From Gemmatimonadaceae bacterium (GTDB lineage: Bacteria; Gemmatimonadota; Gemmatimonadetes; Gemmatimonadales; Gemmatimonadaceae): a stretch of 64,000 nt of DNA. Where the stretch lies: the NCBI GenBank assembly GCA_040901985.1, contig JBBDYC010000008.1, positions 208,490 to 272,489 on the forward strand. The letters are read 5' to 3'. The notes beneath the pieces are model-generated. The model searched no databases. It was not told the DNA's origin and saw only the letters and a list, made by a program, of their open reading frames with translations. Shown here piece by piece: positions 28,190 through 38,379 of this stretch; position 1 is the first letter of the stretch; the number at the start of each line of letters is the position of its first letter. The translations under genes were made by a program, and so were the position numbers.

Positions 28190-30406
28190 TCAGCTCCACC
28201 GCAGGTCGTGCTTGGTGAGCGGGAGCGAGCGGACGCGCTTCCCGGTCGCCGCGAAGATTGCGTTGGTGAGCGCCGGCACGACCGGCGGCAGCGCCGGTTC
28301 GCCCATTCCCGTCGGCGGAAAGTCGGTGGTCCGGAAGTGGATCTCCACCTTTGGCGCCTGCGTGAGACGGAGCAGGGGAAAGTCGTGGAAGTTGCCCTGC
28401 TGCGTCCGCCCGCCCACAATCGTAATCTCCTGCGCCAGCGCCTCGGCGATGCCGTCGAGCACCGAGCCCTGCACCTGATTGATCGCGCCGCTCGGATTGA
28501 TGATGTGGCTGCCGACGTCGCCCACCGCCCAGACCTGGTCAATCGTCAGCTGGCCGTCGCGGCTCACGGTCGCCTGCACGACCTCGGCGAAGTAGCCGCG
28601 GTGGCTGAAGTGAAAGGCGACGCCCATCCCCGTGCCGCGCGGCAGTTGCCGCGTGCCCCACCCGGACTTCGCGGCCACGAGGTCGAGCACCCCGCGCATC
28701 CGCTCGGCGTTCATCGGCTGTGGCTGCGGGGGCCCGCCCGGCGCCGCCGCTGGCGGCGGAGTGACCTGCGCGAGCAACTCGCGCCGGAACTGCACCGGGT
28801 CCTTCCGCGCCGCGTGCGCGAGTTCGTCAACGAACGACTGGAAGACGAAGGCAAGTCCGTTGCTCCCCGGTGCGCGGAGGAAGCCTGTCGGCACGCCGAG
28901 CGGCATCACCGAAACGCCGAGCGCGAAGTTGGGGACGAAGAACGCTGGGAACTCGCCCGGCGAGATTCCCGCCGCCGGCGCGAAACCTGTCCCCTCGCCG
29001 AAGCTGACGAAGTGATTCTCCCACGCAACGAGCCTGCCGGCTCCGTCCACCGCGCCGCGAAGCCGGTGATAGCCGGCCGGCCGGTAGAAGTCGTGCTGCG
29101 TATCGTCCTCGCGCGTCCAGACGAGCTTCACCGGCGCGCCGGCAACGCGGGCGATCCACGCGGCCTCGACCATATAGTCGTTGTTCAATCGCCTCCCGAA
29201 GCCGCCCCCCGAGCGCACGATGTGGATTGCGATGTCGGCGGGAGCGATCCCCATCGTGTTCGCCACGAGGGTGCGCCCCGCCTGCGGATTCTGCGTCGGC
29301 GCCCAGATCTCCAGCTTGCCGTCGCGGAACGCCGCCGTGCAGTTCATCGGCTCCAGCGTGGCGTGCGCGAGGAACGGGTACTCGTAGGTGGCCTCGACGG
29401 CGGTGCCGCCGGCGATTGCCGCCGCCACGTTGCCGTCGGCGCGGAGCGACCGCTGCGGCCCGGCTGCGAAGAACTCATCGGCCTTGGCGCGGAACGCCGT
29501 TGACCCCTGCGCGGCGGTCGGATGCTCGGCCCAGGTCACACGCAGCCGTTGGCGCGCCGAGCGCGCCGCCCACCAGCTGTCTGCCACGATCGCCACGCCG
29601 CCGAGCAGGCCGTTGAGTTGCGTGCCGCCGTCCACGACGAAGGCGTGTCGCACTCCGGGGAGCGCCCTCACCTCGTCGAGGTTTGCGGTCGCGACCTTCG
29701 CCGCGAACACCGGCGCCTTCTCGAATACCGCGTGGAGCATTCCCGGGACGGTGATGTCAATGCCGAACAGGGGTTGGCCAGTCACGATCTTCGGGTTGTC
29801 AATTCCTCCGATCGCCCTGCCGATGATCCGGAAGTCCTTGGGATCCTTCAACCTGACGGTCGCCGGGTCGGGGGCGGGGAGAGTCGCCGCCCGTTCGGCA
29901 AGCGCGCTGTACTCCGCGCGCCGGCGCGAACCGTGGTGATGTACCGCGCCGCCGCCGGTCGTCAGCTCGACCTCCGGGACGCCGAAGGTCTGCGCGGCCG
30001 CGGTGATGAGGAGTTGGCGTCCCACCGCGCCGGCCCGGCGCAGCGGCTCCCAGTTCGTCGGCGTCGCCGTGCTGCCGCCCGCCACCTGGGACCCGTACTT
30101 GGCCGGATCGCTCATCGCCTGCTCGATCGTGATCCGCTCGAACGGCACGTCGAGTTCCTCGGCGATCAGCATCGGGAGCATCGTCTTGACGCCTTGGCCG
30201 ATTTCGGGGTTCTTGGCCATCACGGTGATCGTGCCGTCGGTCGAGATATGGATGAAGGCGTTGGGCGAGAACTCCGCCTCTCCGTCCGGACCGGCGGCGT
30301 GGAGCGTGCCGGTGGCGCCGTAGTCGAGCCAGGTACCGAGGAGGAGCCCGCCGCCGGCGACGGAGGTCACGCGCAGGAAGTCGCGCCGGTCGAGTTGCGT
30401 GGTCAC
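28190..30406 (-). CDS. Xanthine dehydrogenase-family molybdopterin subunit (isoquinoline 1-oxidoreductase beta-like), Tat-exported
   Basis: DRRDFL Tat motif, EIGQG, GGS, HATLEPMNC, GGGFGRR, GMGEP. Confidence 0.92.
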   Translation of the reverse strand: MTTQLDRRDFLRVTSVAGGGLLLGTWLDYGATGTLHAAGPDGEAEFSPNAFIHISTDGTITVMAKNPEIGQGVKTMLPMLIAEELDVPFERITIEQAMSDPAKYGSQVAGGSTATPTNWEPLRRAGAVGRQLLITAAAQTFGVPEVELTTGGGAVHHHGSRRRAEYSALAERAATLPAPDPATVRLKDPKDFRIIGRAIGGIDNPKIVTGQPLFGIDITVPGMLHAVFEKAPVFAAKVATANLDEVRALPGVRHAFVVDGGTQLNGLLGGVAIVADSWWAARSARQRLRVTWAEHPTAAQGSTAFRAKADEFFAAGPQRSLRADGNVAAAIAGGTAVEATYEYPFLAHATLEPMNCTAAFRDGKLEIWAPTQNPQAGRTLVANTMGIAPADIAIHIVRSGGGFGRRLNNDYMVEAAWIARVAGAPVKLVWTREDDTQHDFYRPAGYHRLRGAVDGAGRLVAWENHFVSFGEGTGFAPAAGISPGEFPAFFVPNFALGVSVMPLGVPTGFLRAPGSNGLAFVFQSFVDELAHAARKDPVQFRRELLAQVTPPPAAAPGGPPQPQPMNAERMRGVLDLVAAKSGWGTRQLPRGTGMGVAFHFSHRGYFAEVVQATVSRDGQLTIDQVWAVGDVGSHIINPSGAINQVQGSVLDGIAEALAQEITIVGGRTQQGNFHDFPLLRLTQAPKVEIHFRTTDFPPTGMGEPALPPVVPALTNAIFAATGKRVRSLPLTKHDLRWS

Positions 30407-30415
30407 GGGCGCCTC

Positions 30416-30883
30416 CTATTCGTTGTTCGCGGCGAGGACCGCGGCGCGATGGATGCCTTCACGGATGCGGGCGTAGGTCGCGCAGCGGCAGAGGTTGCCG
30501 TTCATCGCCGCGTCAATGTCCGCGTCGGTCGGCTTCGGCGTCCGCGCGAGGAGCGCGGCGGCGCTCATCAGCTGGCCGGCCTGGCAGTATCCGCACTGCG
30601 GGACGTCCAGCTCCGTCCAGGCACGCTGCAGCGCGTGCGTGCCGTCGCTCGAGAGCCCCTCGATGGTGGTGATCTCGGCGCCCGCCGCGGCGACCGCCGG
30701 CAGGACGCAACTGCGGGTCGGGGCGCCATTCAGGTGGACCGTGCAGGCGCCGCAGTGGGCCGCGCCGCACCCGAACTTGGTGCCCTTAAGATCGAGCACG
30801 TCCCGCAGCACCCAGAGAAGGGGCATGTCGGCGGGGACGTCCACCGTCCGCCGAGTCCCATTGACCGAGAAGGTGACCTGCAT
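30416..30883 (-). CDS. (2Fe-2S)-binding small subunit (IorA-like)
   Basis: [26 protein letters not shown]. Confidence 0.93.
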   Translation of the reverse strand: MQVTFSVNGTRRTVDVPADMPLLWVLRDVLDLKGTKFGCGAAHCGACTVHLNGAPTRSCVLPAVAAAGAEITTIEGLSSDGTHALQRAWTELDVPQCGYCQAGQLMSAAALLARTPKPTDADIDAAMNGNLCRCATYARIREGIHRAAVLAANNE

Positions 30884-31040
30884 CCGAACGCTCCTGACGA
30901 GGGGGCTGGCTCAACATCGCATCGGGGGAGTGGCGCCGCAACGCGCTGACACCCGCACACCGCCGAGGGTACGCGCCACCGGTGAGTGAGGTACGCGCGC
31001 CCCCGGGCGAGGGTTGCCTTCCCGGCGATAGATTCCCCGG

Positions 31041-32498
31041 ATGCTGCCGGCATTCGTGCGCGACCTTCCGGGGTGGTGGCCGTATGGGCTGGGCGCGATC
31101 ATCCTCGCGCTCGACCTCGCGGCGAGCGCGCACGTGATCCTCCGGAAGCGTGATGTGCGGGCCGCGATCGGCTGGGTTGGCCTCATCTGGCTCGTCCCGG
31201 CCATCGGGGCCTTCCTCTATATGTTGCTCGGCCTGAACCGGATCCGGACCCGCGCGACGATGCTCCAGCGCGACCGGCGGCGGCTACAGCTGGCGACGCC
31301 GAGCGTTACGAGCATCGCGCGCATCGGGACCGAGGCGACGGTGGCGCCCGCCCTCAAGCCGCTGGCCCGTCTTGGCGAGCAGATGAGCGGCCGGCCGCTG
31401 CTGACCGGCAACCGCGTCGAGGTCCTCCAGAATGGCGACGAGGCCTATCCGGCGATGCTCGAGGCAATCGAAGGCGCGCGTCGGTCGGTGGCGCTGGCGA
31501 GCTTCATCTTCGGCGATGACCGGGCCGGACAGCCGTTCATCGAGGCGCTCGGCCGCGCCGTCGCGCGAGGGGTCGAGGTGCGGGTCCTTCTCGATTGGGC
31601 CGGCGTGAAGTACACCTGGCCGCCCGCCCATCGCGCCTTGCGCCGCGCCGGCGTGCGGACGGCGCTCTTTCTTCCCGGCCTGCGCGACGCCGGTCTCGCC
31701 TTCTTCAACCTGCGCAACCACCGCAAGGTGCTCACCGTGGACGGCCGGGTCGCCTTCGCCGGCGGCCTCAACATCCAGGCGCGCAACCTCCACGCTGACC
31801 GCCCCAAGCACCCGGTGCGCGACCTGCACTTCCGGCTTGAGGGGCCAATCGTGGGCCAACTACAGGAGGCGTTCGCCGAGGACTGGGTCTTCACCACCCG
31901 CGAGGTGCTCGATGGCGCCGCGTGGTATCCGGCCCTGATTCCGGCAGGGAACACGACTGCCCGGTGCTACACCGACGGCCCCGATGGCGACCTCGAGATC
32001 CTGCGCACCGTCCTGATGGGCGCGCTCGCTTCGGCGCGCGAGTCGGTTCGGATCGTCACGCCGTACTTCCTTCCCGACCAGTCGACAATCGCCGCGCTCG
32101 GCGTCGCCGCGCTGCGCGGCGTCAGCGTGGACATCGTCCTGCCGGAGAAGGTCAACATCGCGCTCGTCCAGTGGGCGGCGGCCGCCCAGCTCTGGCAGGT
32201 CCTGCGGCCCGGCTGCCGAGTCCATTTCACCCCGCTGCCGTTCGATCACACCAAGCTGATGGTCGTGGACGGCGAGTGGGCGCTCTTTGGATCGTCAAAC
32301 TGGGATCCGCGGAGTCTCCGGCTCAATTTCGAGCTTGATGTCGAGTGCCACGACCCGACACTGGCGGCCGAGCTGGCCGCGATGGTGGACGCACGAATCA
32401 GTTCCGGCCGCCGGATCACGCTCGCCGAGATGGACGCGCGGCGGCCGCTCACCAAGCTCCGCGACGGCGTGGCGCGGCTCTTCTCGCCGTACCTCTGA
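31041..32498 (+). CDS. cls: Cardiolipin synthase (PLD family)
   Basis: N-terminal TM pair; two HKD motifs (HRKVLTVD, HTKLMVVD). Confidence 0.9.
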   Translation: MLPAFVRDLPGWWPYGLGAIILALDLAASAHVILRKRDVRAAIGWVGLIWLVPAIGAFLYMLLGLNRIRTRATMLQRDRRRLQLATPSVTSIARIGTEATVAPALKPLARLGEQMSGRPLLTGNRVEVLQNGDEAYPAMLEAIEGARRSVALASFIFGDDRAGQPFIEALGRAVARGVEVRVLLDWAGVKYTWPPAHRALRRAGVRTALFLPGLRDAGLAFFNLRNHRKVLTVDGRVAFAGGLNIQARNLHADRPKHPVRDLHFRLEGPIVGQLQEAFAEDWVFTTREVLDGAAWYPALIPAGNTTARCYTDGPDGDLEILRTVLMGALASARESVRIVTPYFLPDQSTIAALGVAALRGVSVDIVLPEKVNIALVQWAAAAQLWQVLRPGCRVHFTPLPFDHTKLMVVDGEWALFGSSNWDPRSLRLNFELDVECHDPTLAAELAAMVDARISSGRRITLAEMDARRPLTKLRDGVARLFSPYL

Positions 32499-32550
32499 GC
32501 GTCGGCCGCCGGCACTTCCCACCGCCGCGCCCCCGTCCCTAACTTCGGCC

Positions 32551-32652
32551 ATGGCCTCGCCGCCGTTTCGCACGACGCTGACCCGCGTCCTCGTCATCCA
32601 GGTCATCACCCTGGCGCTGCTCTGGCTGCTCCAGTCCCGCTACGCGAGCTGA
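32551..32652 (+). CDS. 33-aa single-TM small protein preceding the symporter
   Basis: MASPPFRTTLTRVLVIQVITLALLWLLQSRYAS; fills the gap and ends 6 bp before the symporter ATG. Confidence 0.65.
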   Translation: MASPPFRTTLTRVLVIQVITLALLWLLQSRYAS

Positions 32653-32658
32653 CCGGCG

Positions 32659-34350
32659 ATGCACTGGATCAACTGGGCGATCGTCGGCGTCTATCTCGTG
32701 TACGTGGTGGGCGATGGCCTGCGCCGTGCGCGCGGGACGACGAACATCGAGGGGTATTTCCTCGCCAACCGGAACCTGCCGTGGTGGGCGGTCGGCCTCT
32801 CGGTGATGGCGACGCAGCTCTCGGCAATCACCCTCATCGGCACCACCGGGCAGGGAGCAACCGACGGACTCCGGTTCGTCCAGTTCTACTTCGGACTGCC
32901 GATTGCGATGGTGATCCTCGGCGTGACGCTCGTGCCGTTCCTTCACGGCGCGAAGATCTACACCGCCTACGAGTTCCTTGAGCGCCGGTTCGACGCCAAG
33001 ACGCGGTCGCTGACCAGTCTCCTCTTCCTCCTTTCGCGCGGGATGTCGTGCGGCACGATCGTCGCCGCGCCGGCGGTCGTCTTCTCGGCGATTTTCGGCT
33101 GGGACATCGTCTGGTCGGTCGCCCTGATCGGCGTGCCGACGGTGACCTATACGGTGATCGGCGGCGTCCAGGCGGTGACCTGGGCGGACGTGAAGCAGAT
33201 GGTCGTGATCGTCGGCGCGCTCGTCGCGATCGTCGTGGTCCTGCTGTTCCGCCTTCCGGTCCCACTGGACGACGCGCTGCGGATCGCCGGCTCCGCCGGC
33301 CGCCTCCGGGTCTTCGACTTCTCGTTCAACCTCACCGAGACCTACACCTTCTGGTCGGGGATCATCGGCGGCACGTTCCTGATGCTCTCCTACTTCGGGA
33401 CCGACCAGAGCCAGGTGCAGCGCTACCTCACCGCCAAGTCGGTGGACCAGGCGCGCAGTTCGCTGCTGATGAGCGCCTACTGGAAGATCCCGTTGCAGGC
33501 ATTGATTCTGCTGGTCGGCGTCCTCGTCTTCCTGTTCTATCATTTCCAGGCGCCGCCGCTGTTGTACAATCCGGCGCACGAGCGGCAGCTGCGCGCGGCC
33601 GACCCGGGGGCGTACGTCGCGCTCGAGGAGCGCTACCGGGCGGCGGTGACGGAGCGCGAGGAATTTGCGCTGGCGACCTCGAGCTTTCGGGCACAGGGAC
33701 GCGGGCCGGCGGTGGACGAGGCGGCGCTTGGCGCCTATCGCGACCGCGAGGCGGCCGTCACGGCAATCCGCGGCGAGGCACTCGGCGCGGTTGAGCGCGT
33801 CACCGGGCAGGCGTCACGCGACGTGAACTTCATCATGCCGCGATTCGTGCTCGACCATCTTCCGCTCGGGATGGCCGGGCTCTTCCTTGCCGCGGTGCTC
33901 GCGGCGGCGATGTCGAGCATTGCCGCCGAATTGAACTCGCTCTCGACCGCCACGGTGGTGGACTTCTACAAACGCTGGGCGCGCCCGACCGGCACCGATG
34001 CGCATTACCTGAAGGTCTCGAAGCTCGCCACCGCGTGTTGGGGCATCTTCGCCTGCGTCGTGGCGACCCAAGCGGCGACGCTCGGCTCGCTGATCGAGGT
34101 GGTGAACCGCTTCGGCTCCTTCTTCTACGGTTCAATTCTCGGAGTCTTCATCCTCGCGATGATCGGCCGCGCCAAGCCGGTCGGCGCGTTCCTTGGCCTG
34201 ATCGCCGGGATGGGCACAGTGGCGGCGGTCTCGTACTTCTACCCGCAGGTCGCCTTCCTCTGGCACAACGTGATTGGCGCGGTGACGGTCGTGTCGGTGG
34301 GGATGGTGCTGAGCCTGCCGCGGTCGCCGGAGTCCCCCGCCGCGGCGTGA
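32659..34350 (+). CDS. Sodium:solute symporter (SSS family)
   Basis: YFLANR.LPWW, YEFLERRF, GTDQSQVQRYL, AAAMSS. Confidence 0.92.
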   Translation: MHWINWAIVGVYLVYVVGDGLRRARGTTNIEGYFLANRNLPWWAVGLSVMATQLSAITLIGTTGQGATDGLRFVQFYFGLPIAMVILGVTLVPFLHGAKIYTAYEFLERRFDAKTRSLTSLLFLLSRGMSCGTIVAAPAVVFSAIFGWDIVWSVALIGVPTVTYTVIGGVQAVTWADVKQMVVIVGALVAIVVVLLFRLPVPLDDALRIAGSAGRLRVFDFSFNLTETYTFWSGIIGGTFLMLSYFGTDQSQVQRYLTAKSVDQARSSLLMSAYWKIPLQALILLVGVLVFLFYHFQAPPLLYNPAHERQLRAADPGAYVALEERYRAAVTEREEFALATSSFRAQGRGPAVDEAALGAYRDREAAVTAIRGEALGAVERVTGQASRDVNFIMPRFVLDHLPLGMAGLFLAAVLAAAMSSIAAELNSLSTATVVDFYKRWARPTGTDAHYLKVSKLATACWGIFACVVATQAATLGSLIEVVNRFGSFFYGSILGVFILAMIGRAKPVGAFLGLIAGMGTVAAVSYFYPQVAFLWHNVIGAVTVVSVGMVLSLPRSPESPAAA

Positions 34351-34443
34351 GAGGATATGCCGGCGCGGCCGCATAGGGCGTGCATCCCGCGCATACCAAT
34401 GCGTCGGCGCGCCGCCGCGCCCTCGCCCCGCTACTCTCCAGGC

Positions 34444-35355
34444 ATGGCCAACATCAGGATCATCGGCGTTCCAATGGACCTCGGCGCCAGTCGCCGCGGC
34501 GTGGATATGGGGCCGTCCGCCGTCCGGTACACCGATCTTCGCGACCGCGCGGCCAAACTCGGGCACACGGTCGAGGACACCGGGAACGTGCCGGTGCCGT
34601 TCCGCGAGGATGCGGCGCGCGGGGCGCAGCGTGGCGCGCGCTATCTCGGCGCGATCACCGACGTCTGCGTGGAGGTGGCGGCGCGCACGCGCGCCGCGCT
34701 CGCCGACGGGCGGATCCCGGTCGTGTTGGGCGGCGACCACTCGATTGCCGCCGGCTCGATCGCCGGCGCGGCGGCGCACCTGCGGGCCGCCGGCCAGCGG
34801 CTCGGCGCCGTCTGGGTGGACGCGCACGGCGACCTGAACACCCCCGCCACCTCGCGCTCGGGGAACGTCCACGGGATGCCGCTCGCCGCGCTCCTCGGCA
34901 ACGGTGACAAGGCGATGGCGGGAATCGCAGGCGGCGGGGCGGCGTTGAGGGCGAGCGATGTCGCGCTGGTCGGGCTTCGCGACCTCGATGGGCCGGAGCG
35001 CGCCCACATCAGGAAGTGGGGACTCACCGCGTTCACGATGCGGACGCTCGACGAGCGAGGCACGCGCGCCGTCCTCGAGGAGGCGATCACCCTGGCGACG
35101 CGCGACACCGCGGGGTTCTGGGTCTCGTTCGACGTGGATGTCATTGACCCCGAGGAGGCGCCGGGCGTCGGCACCGCCGTCCCCGGCGGGATGACGTATC
35201 GGGAGGCGCACCTCGCGATGGAGATGTTCGCCGACACCGGGAAGCTCGTCGGCATTGACGTCGTCGAGGTGAACCCGGTGCTCGACGAGCACAACCGGAC
35301 GGCGGAGATTGCCTGCGAGCTCATCCTCAGCGCGCTGGGCAAGCGCATCCTCTGA
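34444..35355 (+). CDS. rocF: Arginase
   Basis: GVDMGP, GGDHS, DAHGDLNTP, GNVHGMP, SFDVDVIDP, EVNP. Confidence 0.93.
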   Translation: MANIRIIGVPMDLGASRRGVDMGPSAVRYTDLRDRAAKLGHTVEDTGNVPVPFREDAARGAQRGARYLGAITDVCVEVAARTRAALADGRIPVVLGGDHSIAAGSIAGAAAHLRAAGQRLGAVWVDAHGDLNTPATSRSGNVHGMPLAALLGNGDKAMAGIAGGGAALRASDVALVGLRDLDGPERAHIRKWGLTAFTMRTLDERGTRAVLEEAITLATRDTAGFWVSFDVDVIDPEEAPGVGTAVPGGMTYREAHLAMEMFADTGKLVGIDVVEVNPVLDEHNRTAEIACELILSALGKRIL

Positions 35356-35362
35356 GCGCGCG

Positions 35363-36463
35363 ATGACGATCCGCTACGTCCCGCCCGACTTCACGGCGCC
35401 GCCACTCGCCAAGGCGCCGGCCGCGCGCACGGTGGCGGCGCCCGCCGACGGCGTACTGCCCGACGGCTTTTTCGCCACGACCAACCTTCCGACCTACGTG
35501 AAGGGAGCCGACGGCACCTGGACCTTGCCACGCGAACCGCGGATGGACGGCGTGCTGGTGCGCGACGGGGGCGGCTGGATCGTACGCGAGGGCCGCCGTG
35601 TGAAGGCCGGCGACGCCGTGGTGATGGGGCTCGCCGAGGACGGGAGCGAGGGCGTGCTTGTCCACTCGCGCGGATTCCGGCCCGACGACGGCCCCGGCGG
35701 CGACTTCCACTTCATGTCGAGCCAGGTCTCGCGCGAGAAGCCGATTGACTACGCGCTGATCGCGCGGATGCTCGTCGAGGAGAAGCGCCGCGGCGGCTAC
35801 GTGCTCTGGGTGACCGGGCCGGCGCTTGTCCATTCCCGCGCACGCGACAACCTCGTTTGGTTCATCCGCAACGGGTACGTGCAGGCCCTGCTCGCCGGCA
35901 ACGCCGTGGCCGTGCACGACATCGAGGCGGCGGTCGTCGGGACGACGCTCGGGATGACGAGCGAAGGCGAGCCGACGGCGGGCGGGCACGCCGCGCATAT
36001 GCGGGCGATCAACGCGGTGCGCCGTGCCGGCTCGATCGCGGCGGCGGTGAAGGCGGGACTGGTCGCCGACGGCATCATGCACGCCTGCGTCGTCGAGGAG
36101 GTACCGTTCGTCCTCGGGGGCTCGATCCGCGACGACGGACCGCTCCCCGATGTCCTCGCCGACGCGGTCGCCGCGCAGGAGGCGATGCGCGCGCACACCA
36201 TCAAGGCGACGATGGCGGTGATGATCGCCACCGCGCTCCACTCGATTGCCGTCGGAAACATGCTCCCCGCGTACTACGAGGATGCCCAGCGCGGGATGGT
36301 GGAGCTGCCGACGATCTGCGTGGACGCGAGCGAGTTCCTGGTCAGCAAGCTCAAGGACCGCGGGACGCACCAGGCGGTCGGCGTCGTCACCAACGCGCAG
36401 GACTTCATGAGCATCCTGCGTGCGGCGGTGGAGCGGGAAGTGCAGGAGTCGTCGGCGCCCTGA
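35363..36463 (+). CDS. TIGR00300 / LOR-SDH-domain protein, putative ornithine cyclodeaminase
   Basis: DGVLPDGFFATTN, FMSSQVSREK, GPALVHS, GNAVAVHDIE, GSIRDDGPLPD, LHSIAVGN, KLKDRG. Confidence 0.78.
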   Translation: MTIRYVPPDFTAPPLAKAPAARTVAAPADGVLPDGFFATTNLPTYVKGADGTWTLPREPRMDGVLVRDGGGWIVREGRRVKAGDAVVMGLAEDGSEGVLVHSRGFRPDDGPGGDFHFMSSQVSREKPIDYALIARMLVEEKRRGGYVLWVTGPALVHSRARDNLVWFIRNGYVQALLAGNAVAVHDIEAAVVGTTLGMTSEGEPTAGGHAAHMRAINAVRRAGSIAAAVKAGLVADGIMHACVVEEVPFVLGGSIRDDGPLPDVLADAVAAQEAMRAHTIKATMAVMIATALHSIAVGNMLPAYYEDAQRGMVELPTICVDASEFLVSKLKDRGTHQAVGVVTNAQDFMSILRAAVEREVQESSAP

Positions 36464-36466
36464 CGC

Positions 36467-36982
36467 TCAGGCGGTGGCGCGCGCGTCGGCCCACGCGCCA
36501 GCGTCGCGGTCGCTCCGGATGCGCGTCGCCGTGTCCACGAGGACGTCGCCATCCTCGATCCGCACGGCGAAGCGGTCGAGATTCCGCGTGGCCTTCCCCT
36601 GGATCAACGTCCCCTCCGGCCGGAAGGTGCTCTTGTGCTTGGGGCAATAGAAGCGCGACTGGCCCGGCTGCCATTCCAGCGGCGTCTTCTTGTGCGGGCA
36701 CTCGAGCGAGAAGGCGTGCACGGCGCCGGCGTAACGGACGAGGATGATCTTGTTGGCGGTGTCAATCGTGGCCCCGTCGGCGGCCGGGATCGGATAGCGC
36801 ACCGTGTCGCCGCTGGCGCTGCCGGTTGCGTACACACGCGTCAGCGCATTGAGCCGCGCGGCCGTGGCACCGAGTGCGGTCAGCGCAGCCAGTGCCATCA
36901 GTCCGTCCCTCAGGAATGCCCGGCGGCCGGTCCCGTCTTCGCAGGCCGCTTGGCAGCGTTCGAACGCGTCGTGCTCTGACAT
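36467..36982 (-). CDS. Rieske (2Fe-2S) protein, Tat-exported
   Basis: RRAFL Tat motif; CPH...CPKH. Confidence 0.85.
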   Translation of the reverse strand: MSEHDAFERCQAACEDGTGRRAFLRDGLMALAALTALGATAARLNALTRVYATGSASGDTVRYPIPAADGATIDTANKIILVRYAGAVHAFSLECPHKKTPLEWQPGQSRFYCPKHKSTFRPEGTLIQGKATRNLDRFAVRIEDGDVLVDTATRIRSDRDAGAWADARATA

Positions 36983-37089
36983 TGGGCCTCCGGGTGGGGG
37001 TGAGGGTCGCGCCGGTGGCGCCGCGCGGCGTCCGCTGTAAGATACCATACGCCCACCCCACGCATTGCGTTCCCCCGACCGGAGTCCCG

Positions 37090-37299
37090 ATGGCGTTCAC
37101 CCCGGAGGCCCAGGCCATCTGGGACAAGGTCCCCGAGGCGACCCGCGCCAAGCTCCTCGACAGCGGCTTCTGCAGTCGGTGCCTGGCCCCGCGCCACTTC
37201 GACCTCACCGAGGGCTCGTTGCGCGATCGGGAACTTGTGCTGGTCGGCAAGTGTGGGACGTGTGGGGCCCGCGTGGTCCGCCTCATCGAACTTGACTGA
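37090..37299 (+). CDS. Small zinc-ribbon protein (69 aa)
   Basis: GGAG RBS; CSRC...CGTC. Confidence 0.75.
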   Translation: MAFTPEAQAIWDKVPEATRAKLLDSGFCSRCLAPRHFDLTEGSLRDRELVLVGKCGTCGARVVRLIELD

Positions 37300-37309
37300 G
37301 CAACGTGCA

Positions 37310-37741
37310 ATGATCCATCTCCGCCCCTCAGCGCCGCTCCTCGCGCTCTGCGTCACACTCGCCGCGTCGCCGCTCGGCGCCCAGGTGACGCCCCGCTGGG
37401 AGGAGATCGGAAGGACGTCCACCGGGAACACGGTGTACCTCGATCCCCGCAGCATCTCGCGCGACTCGACGGGAATCATCACGGCCACCGTGCGCGTGGT
37501 CTACACGACGCCGGTGGACACCCCGCAGGGACCGATCACCGGGTCACGGGCAATCGCGATGTTCGACTGCGCTGGCCGGAAGGTCGCGGTGAAGGAGAAC
37601 ATCATCTGGCACGACGAGCGGCGCGGCACGGTCTACCGCCGGAGCGCGCCGACCCGACCGGGGTTCGGGCCCGCCCTCACCAGCACCTTCGCCCACGTCG
37701 CGCTCGAACATCTCTGCGCGCCGCTCCAGCGGCCCGGCTGA
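37310..37741 (+). CDS. Secreted surface-adhesin E-like protein
   Basis: Signal peptide; W..IG, YLDP.SI, FDC...C pattern. Confidence 0.65.
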   Translation: MIHLRPSAPLLALCVTLAASPLGAQVTPRWEEIGRTSTGNTVYLDPRSISRDSTGIITATVRVVYTTPVDTPQGPITGSRAIAMFDCAGRKVAVKENIIWHDERRGTVYRRSAPTRPGFGPALTSTFAHVALEHLCAPLQRPG

Positions 37742-37745
37742 CGCC

Positions 37746-38378
37746 CTACCGGATCGTGATGTAGCGCTCGAGCCGCGCCACTTCCTTGGCGTCCACGTAC
37801 TTCCCGATCTCGCGGCGGAACTGCTCAACCGCGCGGTAGGGGCGGTACTCCTTGAACTCGCGCAGCATCCGCGGCCCAAGCCCGGGAATCGTCATCAGGT
37901 CCGCGTCGCTCGCCGTGTTCAGGTCCATCGGCACGAAGACATACTGCTCGAGCCGGGCGACCGCCGTCGAGTCCACGTGTCGGCCGATCTCGCGGCGAAA
38001 CTGCGCCATCGCCCGGTAGGGGCGATGGTCGAGGAACTCACTCACCATCCGCGATCCGATGCCGGGGATGAGGGAGATCTCCTCTCGCGTCGCCGTGTTG
38101 ACGTCAATGTGCACGAAGAGCCGCGGATAGAGCGCCGTGCGCTGGTCGCCGGAGAGCCGGGGCGCAAGGAAGGCATCGAACGCCGCGGCGGAGAGGAACG
38201 GGCGGGCCGCGACGATCTCCTGCGCGAGCGCGGCGGTCAGCCCGGGCAGCTGGGCCATCTCCCCCACCGCCGCGGTGTTGGCCTCCAGCGCAGTGACCGC
38301 CCGCCCGACCTGGGCATCGAGCGGAAGCGCGAGGAGCGCGATGAGGGTGACGGCACTACGAACGGAACGAACGGGCAT
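37746..38378 (-). CDS. Secreted helix-hairpin-helix repeat protein (ComEA-like)
   Basis: Signal peptide; repeats of D.NTA....L..IPG.G.RM..EF..YRPY....QFRREIG. Confidence 0.8.
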   Translation of the reverse strand: MPVRSVRSAVTLIALLALPLDAQVGRAVTALEANTAAVGEMAQLPGLTAALAQEIVAARPFLSAAAFDAFLAPRLSGDQRTALYPRLFVHIDVNTATREEISLIPGIGSRMVSEFLDHRPYRAMAQFRREIGRHVDSTAVARLEQYVFVPMDLNTASDADLMTIPGLGPRMLREFKEYRPYRAVEQFRREIGKYVDAKEVARLERYITIR

Positions 38379-38379
38379 A

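Noticed and set aside
31041..32498. PLD nuclease that could partner the helicase
   Set aside because: Two HKD motifs plus N-terminal TM helices fit cardiolipin synthase, and it lies 12 kb away
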